A stretch of DNA of 64,000 nt from an uncultured Clostridium sp. (GCA_948470875.1 CAOKQM010000003.1:5522-69521), one strand, 5' to 3'; positions 39,175 to 50,699 are shown, counted from the stretch's first letter. Numbers and translations are program-made. The notes: generated by a model not told the origin, from the letters alone.

Positions 39175-40412
39175 ATCTTCTTTCTCTTACTCCTAAATCT
39201 ACTAATTTGTTCCTTTTAAAAATCTGCTTTTCTTCTTTTGTTTCACGCATTTCATCGTTAAATTCTGCAGAATTTAATTCATATAAAATTAAAAACATAG
39301 AAAATACGATAATCATAATATTTGTGCTTCCGTGTTAACGCCATTAAGATAAATAAACTTTGGCTAATAAATCTTCCTACATATAAGAAAAATTCATTTC
39401 CAACAAAAAATTCTACTTTATATTCTTTCTGCAAAACTTCTATGTTAGCAAGGTCAAACGTATTATAATTTCCAATTAATTCTGTCAATCCTTTAGAAAT
39501 TGTTTGCAAAAAGTTAAACAAAATAACCGTAACCATATTGCAATGATAAATCATATAGAACAAGGAAAAAGCCGTAAATACTGTCGTAATTTTGATATTG
39601 CGACTATAGTTTTCTGGTTTCATGAATTTGGCAAAACCAATGCCAAGTAAACAAGTTACCACACTAAAAACAGAAGTAAAAATCCCTAAACTTACACTAT
39701 CTGAAAATATTTTGATAATGTAAATCGTCACGATGCTAGAGAACGCGCCTTCTGAATACGTAAGTCCAGAATAAATACCAGATTTATATAATTGTCTGAG
39801 TTTTCGATTTTGACTTACAATTTTTATGTACTCTCTAAAATTCGTTCTGTCTCCTGTTGGCAAATTGTTGTCTTTAAATTTAAAAGATAATCCAATTCTA
39901 ACAGCTACAATCACAAGAACAACTACAACTGCACTTAAGAAACCTGAAGTAAAAATGTAACTTCCCATTAAAATTGGGAATATGATTGCTAAAATTGATT
40001 TTACAGAAGTATAGCTTCCTGTAAATTTGGCTCTTTCCTCATTTGTAATTCCGTCCGATTCGAACATGTTATACACTGAAAAATAAAATCCTTCTTCTAA
40101 GCCATATAACGCCCCCACTAAATAGATGTAGTCTACCACTTTTTCACGCAATAATAAAATCGCCAAAAAATAAACAAAATCTAAACAAATTCCAATTCAC
40201 ATCAAATTCACACGATGTTTTGATTTTGCAATATTTCTCACACAAAATATCGTTCCAAATACAAACGTCATTGCCACTAATTTATAAATTCCAAGTGGCA
40301 AAATGTTGCTATCTGACAACTCTAAAAAATATAAAACTAAAAAACTATCTACAAATGTTGTCAAAATACTTTTTAAAATACGTAAACAAAATAATACTTT
40401 ATAATTATTCAT
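39167..40412 (-). pseudogene. MFS-like polytopic membrane protein with an in-frame TGA and an extra-C frameshift
   Basis: ...AKSKHRVNLM-TGA(40197-40199)-IGICLDFVYFLAILLL... in one frame. Near the 3' end, removing G 39332 (ACA-C-GGA) extends it to ...LMALTGSTNIMIIVFSMFLILYELNSAEF...RRYE*. The stop overlaps the next gene's ATG. Confidence 0.6.
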
Positions 40413-41720
40413 TTGTTACTTTCTCCTCTACTTTATCTATAAATTCAATATCTTCTTTTGAATATTGCTCTGGCTTTAATCCAAATCGTGTTCGCATATA
40501 ATCTAAAATTAAAATCAAAATAGCAAATGACGCTAAACTAACTAACAAGAATGCATTTTTTATATCCACTACTTTTAATACCAAGCCTCCTAAAATCGCC
40601 ATGATACTTGCTACGATTCCATTAATAAATTCATAAGCAAACGTAATTTTCCCTCGCATTTCAGGCGTACTAAAATTCTTCAAATATTTATATTCTAATA
40701 TGTACCAAATGGAAGTTGCCATTCTAGCAAAACAATACATCACCAAAATAATTGGCAATAAAATTTTCCCTGAAAAATTCGTTACGAAAGTTCCTACAAT
40801 GACAAAACTTACGATATAAATTAAGGATATTACTGTCAAGACTCGATTTTTAAACTTCTTTTCTAAATTCGGAATTAAATTAACCGAAAGTCCTCCTATG
40901 AAACACAAAATAGCAAATATCATAGAATATTGTTCTTCTGACACTCCTATATCGGTTAGCAAATCACCTTATACGTATCAAAAATACAAATAATTCCATA
41001 AAAAATAGCACCAAATAAAATGTAGGATTTCATTCTTCTGGACTTCGAAATAAATTTCATTGATATTTTTAAGTCATCTTTATACTCCTTCAAGAATTTT
41101 CCTATCGCTTTTTGTTCCTCTTCTTTCGGCGGATAAATCTCTTTAAAGAATAAAGAAATAATCGTTGATGTCAGTACAAATCCTAAACAAATATAAATTG
41201 GCAAATAATTATGAATCACAAATAAATAACCAGCTGTCAAAGAAGCAATGCCATCTAATAAATAATATAAGCTTCCACCTTTGGCATCTAGTTTGGTGTA
41301 TAAACCGTCTCCACCACGTGTTGCAACCGAATCATACACAAGATTGGATTCAGAAATTGCTTTTATGCTCCAACCAAGAGAAGCTATTAAGTTACAAAGT
41401 ATGACACTGATTGCACCTGGCATGACAATTAATATTACAATACTTATCACAACTAAGATGTTTCCACAAATCGTACTTTTTCGTTTGCCAATTCTATCAC
41501 AAATAGCAATGGCTGGGATGTTCATTAACAATTTGAACACAATATAAAGTCCATTAATCGTCAATATTTCTGAAGCTGTTAAGCCTTTGGTTATGGTGTA
41601 GAATAAAAACTCTATGGAATAAAAAAATAGTAAATCCCATGAAAACATTTTATAAATAGGATATAATTTTGCATTTCTTCTTCTGGCTTTGCTTAATTTT
41701 TGTGTTTCTTTTAATTCCAT
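40405..41720 (-). pseudogene. MFS transporter, -1 frame change between the two halves
   Basis: ORFs 40956..41720 (6 TM) and 40405..40962 (6 TM) overlap. Restoring one T (ATTTGC to ATTTTGC) gives ...IFDTYKVILLTDIGVSEEQY... Confidence 0.7.
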
Positions 41721-41738
41721 TATTTCGTCCTTTCTTTT

Positions 41739-43430
41739 TTATGCATTGACTAATTTGTAATATTCGCCTTGTTTTTGCATCAAATTTTGGTGATTTCCTT
41801 GTTCAATTATTTTTCCGTCTGCCATTAAAAGAATTTTATCACAATCTTTTATGGTAGACAAGCGATGTGCAATAATAAAACTAATTTTATTTTTTGTAAT
41901 TTCAGTAATCGCATTTCTAACAAGCATTTCAGATTTATAACTAAGAGACGCTGTTGCTTCATCCAAAATAATAATCTCTGGATTCTCGACCATAACTCTT
42001 GCAAAATTAATCATTTGTTTTTCGCCATTGGAAAACAAACTCGTTTCGCTATTAATCATAGTTTCATAGCCATTTTCAAATCCTATAATTTTCTCATGTA
42101 AATTCAGCTTTTTGCAAATTTCCATGATTTCTTCTTTGGAGATGTCTTTGTTATCATAATTAATATTTTCCAAAATAGTACCATCAAAAATGACAACTTT
42201 TTGCATAATATAGCCAATTTTATCACGCAAACTGCGTATGCTATAATTTTTGTAATCTTGTCCATTGATTAAAATTTGACCTTCTTTTAAATCGTAAAAT
42301 CGACAAATTAAATTGACTAAACTTGTTTTTCCACTTCCTGTTCGCCCAATCAAAGCAACTTTTTCATTTTTTTCTACTGCCAAAGAAATTCCATTTAACA
42401 CTTTTTGATTTTTATTGTAAGCAAAATGAATGTTTTGAAATTCGATATTTTCAACTTTATTGAGAACTTTCCCTGTTTCTATCTCCTCTTCTCTTTTTTC
42501 CAAAATCTCAAGAATTTTTTGATACGAAGTGCGACAAACATTTCTAATCTGAAACCCCTCGATAACCCATTTGGCATATATTTTCGGAGATGAGATATAC
42601 CTTGCCAAAATAACTAATATCCCATAAGAAATCAGTCCCTGCAAAGCCCCTATTCCACTTAACAATATAGTCACAACCAAAACAAACGACACAATATAAT
42701 CATACAAACAAGTATAAATTTGAACATTTTTCTCCAATTGATTGACACTTTTTTCATAATTTTTCAGCAATTGTTTCAAATCTGCCATTCTTTGTCCTTG
42801 TACTTCTAACGATTTTATGGTCTCAAATCCGTCGATTTGTTCATTGGAAAAATTTAAAATTTCACTATTGATTTTCCTTTTTTGCTCTGTAAATTTTAAA
42901 GATTTTTTATTAAAAACAAAAGCAACCCAAAAACCAATTCCATAAACAATCATAGAAACCATAATAATTGGTACATTCAAATACATTAAAACAAGCAAAC
43001 TTCCCATTAATCTGAAAACTCCACCTGCATAGGAACGGTTAATTCCCCAAGTATAATATTTCGCCACTTCTTTCGTATCATTAAGTATATTTTCTAGTAC
43101 AACTCCTACTTCCAGACAATCCATATCTGCTTGTTTCATATTTTGTAATTTGACAAATATTTTTTCTCGATAATCTGCACAGATATTTTTTTCCATATTA
43201 ACATCAGAAAAGTCCTCAAACAATGTAACAATCGCCCTAAATATATTGACAAACATATACGTTATTCCTAATTTCACAATTAGATTGATATCGCCACTTG
43301 GAATCGCATATTCTACCATCACAATCATAAACGCAATAAAAACAATCACCATAATACTTGTAGCACTTCTTCCTAAGGTAGCACAAAGCGCTTTTTTTCT
43401 ATAATTATTAAATATCTCTTTAAGCATCAT
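41739..43430 (-). CDS. ABC transporter permease/ATP-binding protein (exporter half-transporter)
   Basis: 563 aa; TMD plus NBD with GRTGSGKTS, FSNGEKQMINFARV and IIILDEATAS. Confidence 0.88.
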   Translation of the reverse strand: MMLKEIFNNYRKKALCATLGRSATSIMVIVFIAFMIVMVEYAIPSGDINLIVKLGITYMFVNIFRAIVTLFEDFSDVNMEKNICADYREKIFVKLQNMKQADMDCLEVGVVLENILNDTKEVAKYYTWGINRSYAGGVFRLMGSLLVLMYLNVPIIMVSMIVYGIGFWVAFVFNKKSLKFTEQKRKINSEILNFSNEQIDGFETIKSLEVQGQRMADLKQLLKNYEKSVNQLEKNVQIYTCLYDYIVSFVLVVTILLSGIGALQGLISYGILVILARYISSPKIYAKWVIEGFQIRNVCRTSYQKILEILEKREEEIETGKVLNKVENIEFQNIHFAYNKNQKVLNGISLAVEKNEKVALIGRTGSGKTSLVNLICRFYDLKEGQILINGQDYKNYSIRSLRDKIGYIMQKVVIFDGTILENINYDNKDISKEEIMEICKKLNLHEKIIGFENGYETMINSETSLFSNGEKQMINFARVMVENPEIIILDEATASLSYKSEMLVRNAITEITKNKISFIIAHRLSTIKDCDKILLMADGKIIEQGNHQNLMQKQGEYYKLVNA

Positions 43431-45200
43431 TTTTCCTCTTCTAAAATATTGTTTCGTCTGATTTCAACAATTTGTCGATATGCCTCATTATGTTTCATAA
43501 AATTTTCATGTGTATTCACTTCAACTTTTTGTTGATGAATAAACACAACTTTATGGCAAGCCTTCACAACGTTCATATCATGCGATATAATAATCATTCC
43601 TTTATGAATCGCAATAATATTCTCCAAAATGTTAAGTTTTGTGCGTGTATCTAATTTAGACAAAGAATCATCCAAAATAATAAATTCATTCTCTGATAAA
43701 ATATTTCTAGCAATCGCTAACCTTTGTTTTTGCCCACCAGACAAATTATCTCCGCCACTTTCTAACATCGTATTTAGTTTCTGATCAAACTTTTCAATAT
43801 CTTGATAAATATCTGCTACCTTCAAAGCTTCTTCAATTTCACATTCTAATAATTCTTTATTCGTAATATTTACATTATTCAAAATCGTATCATGAAATAA
43901 ATACGTATCTTGCAAAGCAATTCCTATGTAATCACGCACACTTTTAGGATTAACCTGTTTTATGTTAGTTTCACCAATCCAAATATTTCCTTCATATTCA
44001 TAAAAACCAATTAAAGTCTTTGCTAGCACCGTTTTTCCGTGCTCCATTGTCTCCAATAATGGCAATATTTTCGCCTTGTTTTATTTCCAAATTAATATTT
44101 CGGATAATTTCTTTTTCTCCTGCCTTTATCGTTACATTTTCAAACACAATATTTCCATGCAATGGCACATATTCTTTTTCAGCATTTTCCTCCTCTACTT
44201 TCATCAAATTTGATAATTTTTTATACGAAACCAAAAATTCATTCACATCTTTTAATTTGTTTACTGAATCATAAATATAATCTGAAATCTTCGTCGCATA
44301 TGTTAGCAAAATTGACACAACCGCAAGCGTCATCTGCCCTTGCACAACCAAAATTCCACCAAACAGCAAAATAAACGGCTCCTTAAAGTTTCGAATACTA
44401 TGTGTTCCAATACCATAAATGGTTCTATATTTTCCAAGTTTGACATCCTTTTTTCGGTAATCTTCATTTATTTTTCTATATTCTTCTATCTCTATATTTT
44501 TTCGATTAAAAATTCTTTGCATTTTTGAATTTGTCACCGCATTTCGTGTTTTCTCAATCACGTTTTTATTTGCCTCAATTGTATCTTCCACCAAAGGCTT
44601 AGACACCTTATAATACCAAACAGACAAAACAACTATCAAAATACAAATCACTAACGCAAAAACTCCAACCATTTTATTTAACTCAAAAATCTGAAAAATA
44701 GAAAAACCAACAATAAAAATCGTATCCAAAAACAAATTCATTTGAGAGTTAAAAAATTCCGAATAAACCATCGCATCGTTATTTACTCTTTGAATAATGT
44801 CAGAATGATTAATCGTACTAAATTCCTTATATTCTAAATTAGCAACATGTTTTAAAATGGCTTGTTTCACATTTCGATTGATTTTTAAAGTAAACTTTAT
44901 ACTCATTTTATTCCTAAAATATTGCAAAACAACTATAATTGTATTTATCAAAACCAGCACAGCAACTAAAATCAACAATTTCACTACGGCAGAATCGCTA
45001 TAAAATAAATTTCTAATAAACTGTGGAATTACCGTTTCATTTTGCAACACAATTCCATCTAACGCATACTCAATAAACATTGGCACATACACATTTAATT
45101 TGGAACCAATGATGGTTAAGACTAAAATTAATCCAATTAATTCTTTTGTTCCTTTTAACGTTTCTTGTAAAAAACTATATTTTTTCATTTTCTTTTGCAC
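43427..45200 (-). pseudogene. ABC transporter permease/ATP-binding protein; Walker A split by an extra C
   Basis: ORFs 43998..45200 and 43427..44065 overlap. Removing plus-strand G 44039 (GCA-C-GGA) gives IIGDNGAGKTVLAKTL. LSGGQKQRLAIARN and FIILDDSLS lie downstream. The TGA stop overlaps the next gene's ATG. Confidence 0.85.
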
Positions 45201-46064
45201 CTATACTTTAATTAAACTACCTAAATACTCCAAAGCTTCCTTTGTTTGTTTTTTACCAAGCCCAGCAGCAGATGTAAAAGTCAATTCACTAAAATAAATT
45301 TTGCCTTTCACATTGTACAAATCAACTCTTACATGCTTAAACCCTTGTGACAAATTCTCTGCCATTTTTAACATAACATCTAAATTTTCAGGTTTTGGAA
45401 TTATGTTATCACTCGCATATTGTTTTTTCACATAATCTAACTTATTCCAATTCAAATCATAATAACTTAATTTCAAATCTTCCTGCCTATTTTCACACAC
45501 CAAAATACATTCTGGTTTTCCATCAAAACAAAAAATTTTATAATCCGCTGGCGCATTTCCATTTTCGCCTTCTATAAATTCCTCACAAATAATTCGTGGT
45601 TTTATGTATTTATAATGATATTCCAAATGCCTTCTGGCAAAATTTCGTCTCAAAGATTGGTTTAATTTTTGTTTTGCACTTGCAAAATCAAACGTATTTT
45701 TATCTGTGCAAATAAAAATACTTCCAGAATCATGATTGGTTTTCAAAACAAACTTTTCTGGCAATTTTTCTAAATCAATTTCCTCTGCTTTTTGATAAAC
45801 ACCATATAATTTTGGTAATGTTTGCTCATATCCTTTTTCCTTTACAAAATCACGAACCAAATATTTATCCGCCAATCGAGCTTCTTTTTTACCAATTTCA
45901 TTCACCATAAGATAATGAAGCTTTTGATTAAAATCACGCGGATTTTTCAAATCCAATTCTTCTCCCATTTTTTGCTTATAATATATTTTGTGCGCCATGC
46001 CTTTTGGAAAATAATACAATTTTTTTACATCCATATTTTTCATTTTTTTCTCCATTTCACCCAT
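45201..46064 (-). CDS. ATP-grasp fold amidoligase family protein (TupA-like)
   Basis: 287 aa; the N-terminal KLYYFPKGMAHKIYYKQKMGEELDLKNPRDFNQKLHYL...ADKYLVRDFV pattern of the TupA-like ATP-grasp family. Confidence 0.65.
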   Translation of the reverse strand: MGEMEKKMKNMDVKKLYYFPKGMAHKIYYKQKMGEELDLKNPRDFNQKLHYLMVNEIGKKEARLADKYLVRDFVKEKGYEQTLPKLYGVYQKAEEIDLEKLPEKFVLKTNHDSGSIFICTDKNTFDFASAKQKLNQSLRRNFARRHLEYHYKYIKPRIICEEFIEGENGNAPADYKIFCFDGKPECILVCENRQEDLKLSYYDLNWNKLDYVKKQYASDNIIPKPENLDVMLKMAENLSQGFKHVRVDLYNVKGKIYFSELTFTSAAGLGKKQTKEALEYLGSLIKV

Positions 46065-46602
46065 TATTTAAAGAATTAACAAACTCTGCAATCACATCAG
46101 TTCTATGATAACTCGTATTTAAAAATGGTACATTCCATTTTTCACATTCTTCTTTAAGATACTTACTTTCATCAATTAATTTCTTACATTTATTTTTAAG
46201 TTCCTCATCTGATTTTCGAAAATCTTCTTGCCTTTGTTCATATTTTCGCATTTCACAAAATTTCTCTTCTACCGATATATCTGGAAATCCAACAAAACAA
46301 ACATCACAAATATCTCTATTGATAAATTTAATATAATCCTCTGGTACCAATTGATAGGTATCAATTAATAATTTATTCTTTTCTCTGTACTCAATCATTG
46401 TATTCAAAAAAGGTGCAAAATTTTTACTTACATTAAAAAACCTATCTGCATGTGTTATTCCAATTTCAGGGAAATTATTTTGAAAAGCTCTGACAATTAT
46501 GTCCATTTCCATATACTGATAATCCATTTTCTTCATAATTTCATCACAAGTTGTCGTTTTTCCACCTCTTGAAATTCCTGCAATAATTAAATTTTTTCTC
46601 AT
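46057..46602 (-). CDS. P-loop kinase/ATPase-like protein
   Basis: 181 aa; Walker A IIAGISRGGKTT. The TGA stop overlaps the downstream start. Confidence 0.6.
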   Translation of the reverse strand: MRKNLIIAGISRGGKTTTCDEIMKKMDYQYMEMDIIVRAFQNNFPEIGITHADRFFNVSKNFAPFLNTMIEYREKNKLLIDTYQLVPEDYIKFINRDICDVCFVGFPDISVEEKFCEMRKYEQRQEDFRKSDEELKNKCKKLIDESKYLKEECEKWNVPFLNTSYHRTDVIAEFVNSLNNG

Positions 46603-46633
46603 ATTTTTTCCCCCTATTACATAATTCTACATT

Positions 46634-46662
46634 ATTATATCCATAAATGTAACAAAATTCAA
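46634..46662 (-). promoter_or_regulatory. sigma-A-type promoter candidate for the 7-gene operon (TTGAAT-17-TATAAT)
   Basis: Reverse strand reads TTGAAT tttgttacatttatgga TATAAT about 30 nt upstream of ATG 46602. Confidence 0.5.
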
Positions 46663-46744
46663 TTATTAACTAATAAAAATAGTAAAATATAGTTACCATA
46701 ATAAAAAATGACATCAAACACAACCATTCAATGTCATTTTTTCC

Positions 46745-47389
46745 TTATTCTCTTTCCTTCACTTGCGTCTCTAAAACCTCTTTTTTCTCTTCTGCCTTTT
46801 CTGAAGAAAGCGCATTCATCGCCTTTTGAATCCTTCCAGACAATGCATTTTCTGGTTGGAGTCCACTAATTATCTCAAGATTTCTATCAAATCCATACCT
46901 TTCATACAAGTCTGGATGAACTCCTTTTAACGTTCTTGAAGCCTCCACAAGCTCTAAAAATTCTCTTGGATTATTATACTCTACTTTTCCTTCTCTGACT
47001 TTTTGCTGATTTAAAAACAATCCAATTCCTGCCAATCTCCTCAAAGCATGATGCGAAGCCTCATCATTTACCAATGCCCTCCCTTTTTGTGACGCTTCAT
47101 AACTATCTTCACAAATGCGATAAACAAAATTATTTTCCGAAATTCCACATCTTGCAAAATCTTTAGAACGTATATCCCACATCTGTTTTAACGTATCTTT
47201 ATTTACATCTACACCCTCAGAAGCATATTTTGCACCTAATAAAAATACATTTGTCATCTCAAACGCATTTGGGTCTTTGGCCCAATCCTCTTTTTCTCTA
47301 AATTCTTTTATCCAATCCAGAATTCCACTGCTTCTTTCATTAAATTCTTCCTCATAAATATTTTCTCCGCAAATTTCTATATTCCATAA
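46745..47389 (-). pseudogene. hypothetical protein; N-terminus detached by an extra C
   Basis: ATG 47389 (RBS GAAAGGAA) gives MEYRNL then C-GGA. Removing plus-strand G 47371 yields MEYRNLGENIYEEEFNERSSGILDWIKEFREKEDWAKDPNAFEMTNVFLLGAK..., in frame with ORF 46745..47257. Confidence 0.6.
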
Positions 47390-47561
47390 ATACTATTCCT
47401 TTCACCATATTAAAAATAGTATTTACAATTTTTAATATTATTTACAAGTAATTTTTGCCAATCAAAAAATTAAAATATAACACTAAAATGTCAAGTTTAA
47501 GATTGCAATTTTCACAATAATCTAGCCAATCTTTTCCAAACAGGACATTCTTCTCTCCTAT

Positions 47562-48440
47562 TTAAAGCAATCCCAATTCCTTCAATTTTTCTTTTGTCTG
47601 AATATAGCCTTGCTCATACAATTCATCCACTTTTTTAAAATCAAGTAATCCCACATTTTCTGTCTGAATTTCTAGCAAATAATCTGTTCCATCCCACTCA
47701 TAACGTGCCAGCTCATGGCATAAAATACCAAACGATTTATCCAATACTTGCACAATATTATCACAACACTTTTTCTCTGTTTTATCCACAAAAACAATAC
47801 TAATTACTTTATCTGCACCAATTCTTTTCGTCTCACGCCACGGCAAATTCTCAGAAACACCACCATCAATTAAAAGTGTATTTTTGTATTCACACGGGCA
47901 AAAAACACCTGGATAACTACAACTTGCTTGAACCGCAGTCCCAATATCCACATTGTTGATATATTTAATATTTGCTTCATTTTTAATGTGACTTCCTGAA
48001 TGAAAAACATACAGCTCTTCTGTATGAATGTTTACCGTTGGAATAATTAATTTTCTTTGAATTTGATTAATATTTTGAATTCCCTTTTTTCCACATAATT
48101 TATGCGCAAAACTGTAAATTGACTTTCCACTATTTAATCCAGTTACTTTTATTTTTCCCGTTTTCACAAAATTTTTTCCAACGTTCCAAACATTTCGAAA
48201 ATCCCAATAACTAATTTTTTTCGCATATTTCTTAAATGCATCATAAATTTCATCTGTTGAATAACCACATGCATACAACGTCGCAACTATACTTCCCGAA
48301 GACGTTCCAGCAATATAATCAAAATGCATTCCAGCTTCTTTCAAAGCTTTTATTGCACCAATATGCGCTGCACCTTTCATGCCGCCACCTGACAAACATA
48401 ACCCCAATTTCATAAAATCACCTAGCATATCATATTCCAA
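47562..48440 (-). CDS. patatin-like phospholipase
   Basis: 292 aa; GLCLSGGGMKGAAHIG, GTSSGS (GxSxG) and LLIDGG. Confidence 0.88.
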   Translation of the reverse strand: MEYDMLGDFMKLGLCLSGGGMKGAAHIGAIKALKEAGMHFDYIAGTSSGSIVATLYACGYSTDEIYDAFKKYAKKISYWDFRNVWNVGKNFVKTGKIKVTGLNSGKSIYSFAHKLCGKKGIQNINQIQRKLIIPTVNIHTEELYVFHSGSHIKNEANIKYINNVDIGTAVQASCSYPGVFCPCEYKNTLLIDGGVSENLPWRETKRIGADKVISIVFVDKTEKKCCDNIVQVLDKSFGILCHELARYEWDGTDYLLEIQTENVGLLDFKKVDELYEQGYIQTKEKLKELGLL

Positions 48441-48528
48441 ATTGCTACAAATGGTTATTTTAAATCTCCTACTTTATGAATTTTTCAATCTACTTTACTT
48501 TAACATCAATTTCTGTTATACTTCTTCT

Positions 48529-49455
48529 ATGGAAAAAAAAGAAAGATATTATCATTTAAATCAATTTTTAAAAAACAAATTCGGTCAAAGAACCTTGAAA
48601 ATATGCATCGATGGTGGCTTCACTTGCCCTAATCGAGATGGCACCATCAGTCAGCATGGTTGCTTATTTTGTAGTGAAAAAGGCTCTGGTGAACATATTT
48701 GCTCTTCAGAAAATATTACCAAACAAGTTGAAAATTATTTTTCTAGTTACAAATCTCAAAGAGCAAATCGATTTATTGCCTATTTTCAAAATTTCACCAA
48801 TACTTATGATTCGGTTCCAAACTTGAAATCCAAATACGATGCTGCTCTCATCGATAACCGTATTGTCGGACTTGCTATTGCTACTCGCCCTGATTGCATT
48901 AATGCTGAAGTTTTGGAGCTCTTAAAAAGCTATCAAAATAATTATTATGTGTGGGTTGAACTTGGTCTACAAACCTCAAATGACGCAACTGCCAAAAGAA
49001 TAAATCGTGGTTATCTTTGTTCTCAATTCACAAAAGCTGTGAAATTGCTAAATCAATTTGAAATTGATATTGTTGTTCACATAATGGTTGGGCTGCCTGG
49101 AGAAGATTTTAATGACATTATCCATACAGTAGATTTTCTTAATCAACATATTATACAAGGGCTAAAAATTCATTCTACTTATGTTGTCAAACATACTGGC
49201 TTAGCTAATCTGTATGAAAATGGCGATTATTCCCCTATTTCACTTGAAACTTACTTAAATAACTTGACTTATATTTTAACACATATTTCCCCTAACATCG
49301 TGATTCATAGAATTTCTGGTGATGCACCAAAAGATTTACTACTTGCACCAAGTTGGAATCTTCACAAAAAATGGATTTTAAATGGTTTGGAAAAACGCAT
49401 GAAAGAAAAAAATTTATATCAAGGTATGAATTGGAACAAATGTGAAAATTTTTAA
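48529..49455 (+). CDS. radical SAM protein, TIGR01212 family
   Basis: MEKKERYYHLNQFLKNKFGQRTLKICIDGGFTCPNRDGTISQHGCLFC... The upstream part of track ORF 48379.. overlaps the patatin gene and is not credible. Confidence 0.8.
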   Translation: MEKKERYYHLNQFLKNKFGQRTLKICIDGGFTCPNRDGTISQHGCLFCSEKGSGEHICSSENITKQVENYFSSYKSQRANRFIAYFQNFTNTYDSVPNLKSKYDAALIDNRIVGLAIATRPDCINAEVLELLKSYQNNYYVWVELGLQTSNDATAKRINRGYLCSQFTKAVKLLNQFEIDIVVHIMVGLPGEDFNDIIHTVDFLNQHIIQGLKIHSTYVVKHTGLANLYENGDYSPISLETYLNNLTYILTHISPNIVIHRISGDAPKDLLLAPSWNLHKKWILNGLEKRMKEKNLYQGMNWNKCENF

Positions 49456-49699
49456 AATACACTTCCTTTATTTTCACTTTATCTTGAAAATCCTCAGAAT
49501 TTTGATTTCAAATGTTGTTAATTTCTATTTTCTCTAAAATAAATTTAAAGAATACAATGGGCTTGTTTCAAAGTCAAACTTTTTAATTAATTACAAGCCC
49601 TACATTTGTAATCCTACGCCAAATTAGTACGTAAATTTTACATAAACTTCTATTGATTTCAAATAAAAAAACCAACAAATATATTTTTCATTTATTTGC

Positions 49700-50356
49700 T
49701 TACATTTTTCTAAATACACCTGTTACTTTTCCTAAAATTTCACAATTTGGTACAATAATTGGCTCCATTGTAGAATTTTCAGGTTGTAAACGGATGTGGT
49801 CATTTTCTTTATAAAAAGTTTTTACAGTTGCTTCATCTTCAATCAACGCAACTACAATTTCACCATTGATTGCTGTATTTTGTTTTCTGACTAAAATATA
49901 ATCTCCACTCAAAATTCCAGCTTCAATCATACTTTCGCCTCTTACAACTAACATAAAACTTTCACTATTTCCAACAAAATCCAATGGAATTGGGAAAGTA
50001 TCTGTTACATTTTCAACTGCTAAAATTGGCTCACCTGCTGTAATCTTTCCAATAATCGGAACATCAACCATTTCTCGATTGGTATAAAAATCCTTTTCAA
50101 ATGTTTCTTGCTTTTCTTCTAAAGCGCCACCTTTCAACAATTTTAATGTTCTACCTTTTTGGCTTTCTTTTTTGATATACCCTTTTTTCTCTAGCGCTGC
50201 TAAATATCCATGCACCGTTGCAGTCGATTTTAAACCAACAGCTTTTCCAATTTCTCTTACAGATGGCGGATATCCTTTCATTTTTATTTGTTTTTCAATA
50301 AATTTAAGTATTGCTTTTTCTCTTTTATTAATGCTATTTGGATCTTTTTTCTTCAT
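49700..50356 (-). CDS. lexA: LexA repressor
   Basis: 218 aa from MKKKDPNSINKREKAIL (RBS AAGGGGGGTG); wHTH SVREIGKAVGLKSTATVHGYLAALEKKGYI; S24 peptidase part VRGESMIEAGI. Confidence 0.92.
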   Translation of the reverse strand: MKKKDPNSINKREKAILKFIEKQIKMKGYPPSVREIGKAVGLKSTATVHGYLAALEKKGYIKKESQKGRTLKLLKGGALEEKQETFEKDFYTNREMVDVPIIGKITAGEPILAVENVTDTFPIPLDFVGNSESFMLVVRGESMIEAGILSGDYILVRKQNTAINGEIVVALIEDEATVKTFYKENDHIRLQPENSTMEPIIVPNCEILGKVTGVFRKM

Positions 50357-50516
50357 AAATTTCACCCCCCTTACTTTATTTCTTGCCAAAAACTTTATTC
50401 GTAAAAATATCTTATCACAAAACATTTGATTTGTCAAACAAAAGTTTATTTTTTATTGCAAATATTTCCTTTATCATAATTTTTTCATTACATCATATAA
50501 TGAAATAGGTGATTTT

Positions 50517-50699
50517 ATGAATTCTTGTAAATGTCTTTCTGGCTGTGAATTGGTTACATTAGCAAGCACTTTATCTTGCCTCATAGCCAAAAATTTATGC
50601 CCTGATGATATTAGCACTCTAGGCGACTTTTTCTCTGCTATTGGCTCTAATCTTTCCGTTATTGCAGATGTACAATCCGACTGTCAAACAGAAACTTAA
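50517..50699 (+). CDS. 60-aa Cys-rich hypothetical protein
   Basis: MNSCKCLSGCELVTLASTLSCLIAKNLCPDD...; RBS-like AGGTGA upstream; no family recognised. Confidence 0.4.
   Translation: MNSCKCLSGCELVTLASTLSCLIAKNLCPDDISTLGDFFSAIGSNLSVIADVQSDCQTET

Noticed and set aside
40197-40199. An in-frame TGA suggested an alternative genetic code (TGA as a sense codon, code 4 or 25).
   Set aside because: TGA clearly terminates other genes here, in classic overlapping stop/start junctions: 43427-43429 (AAATGATG between the two ABC genes) and 46057-46059. All other long ORFs are uninterrupted under the standard code.
48379-48528. A long N-terminal extension of the radical SAM ORF that overlaps the patatin gene start.
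   Set aside because: The extension (MPPPDKHNPNFIKS...) is the antisense of the patatin N-terminus. The family-typical sequence begins at MEKKERYYHLNQFLKNKFG (ATG 48529).
50357-50500. A LexA (Cheo-type GAAC-N4-GTTC) box upstream of lexA.
   Set aside because: Only a weak partial match was seen (GAATAAAGTTTT) near a TTGACA-17-TAAGAT promoter. That is not enough to call an operator.
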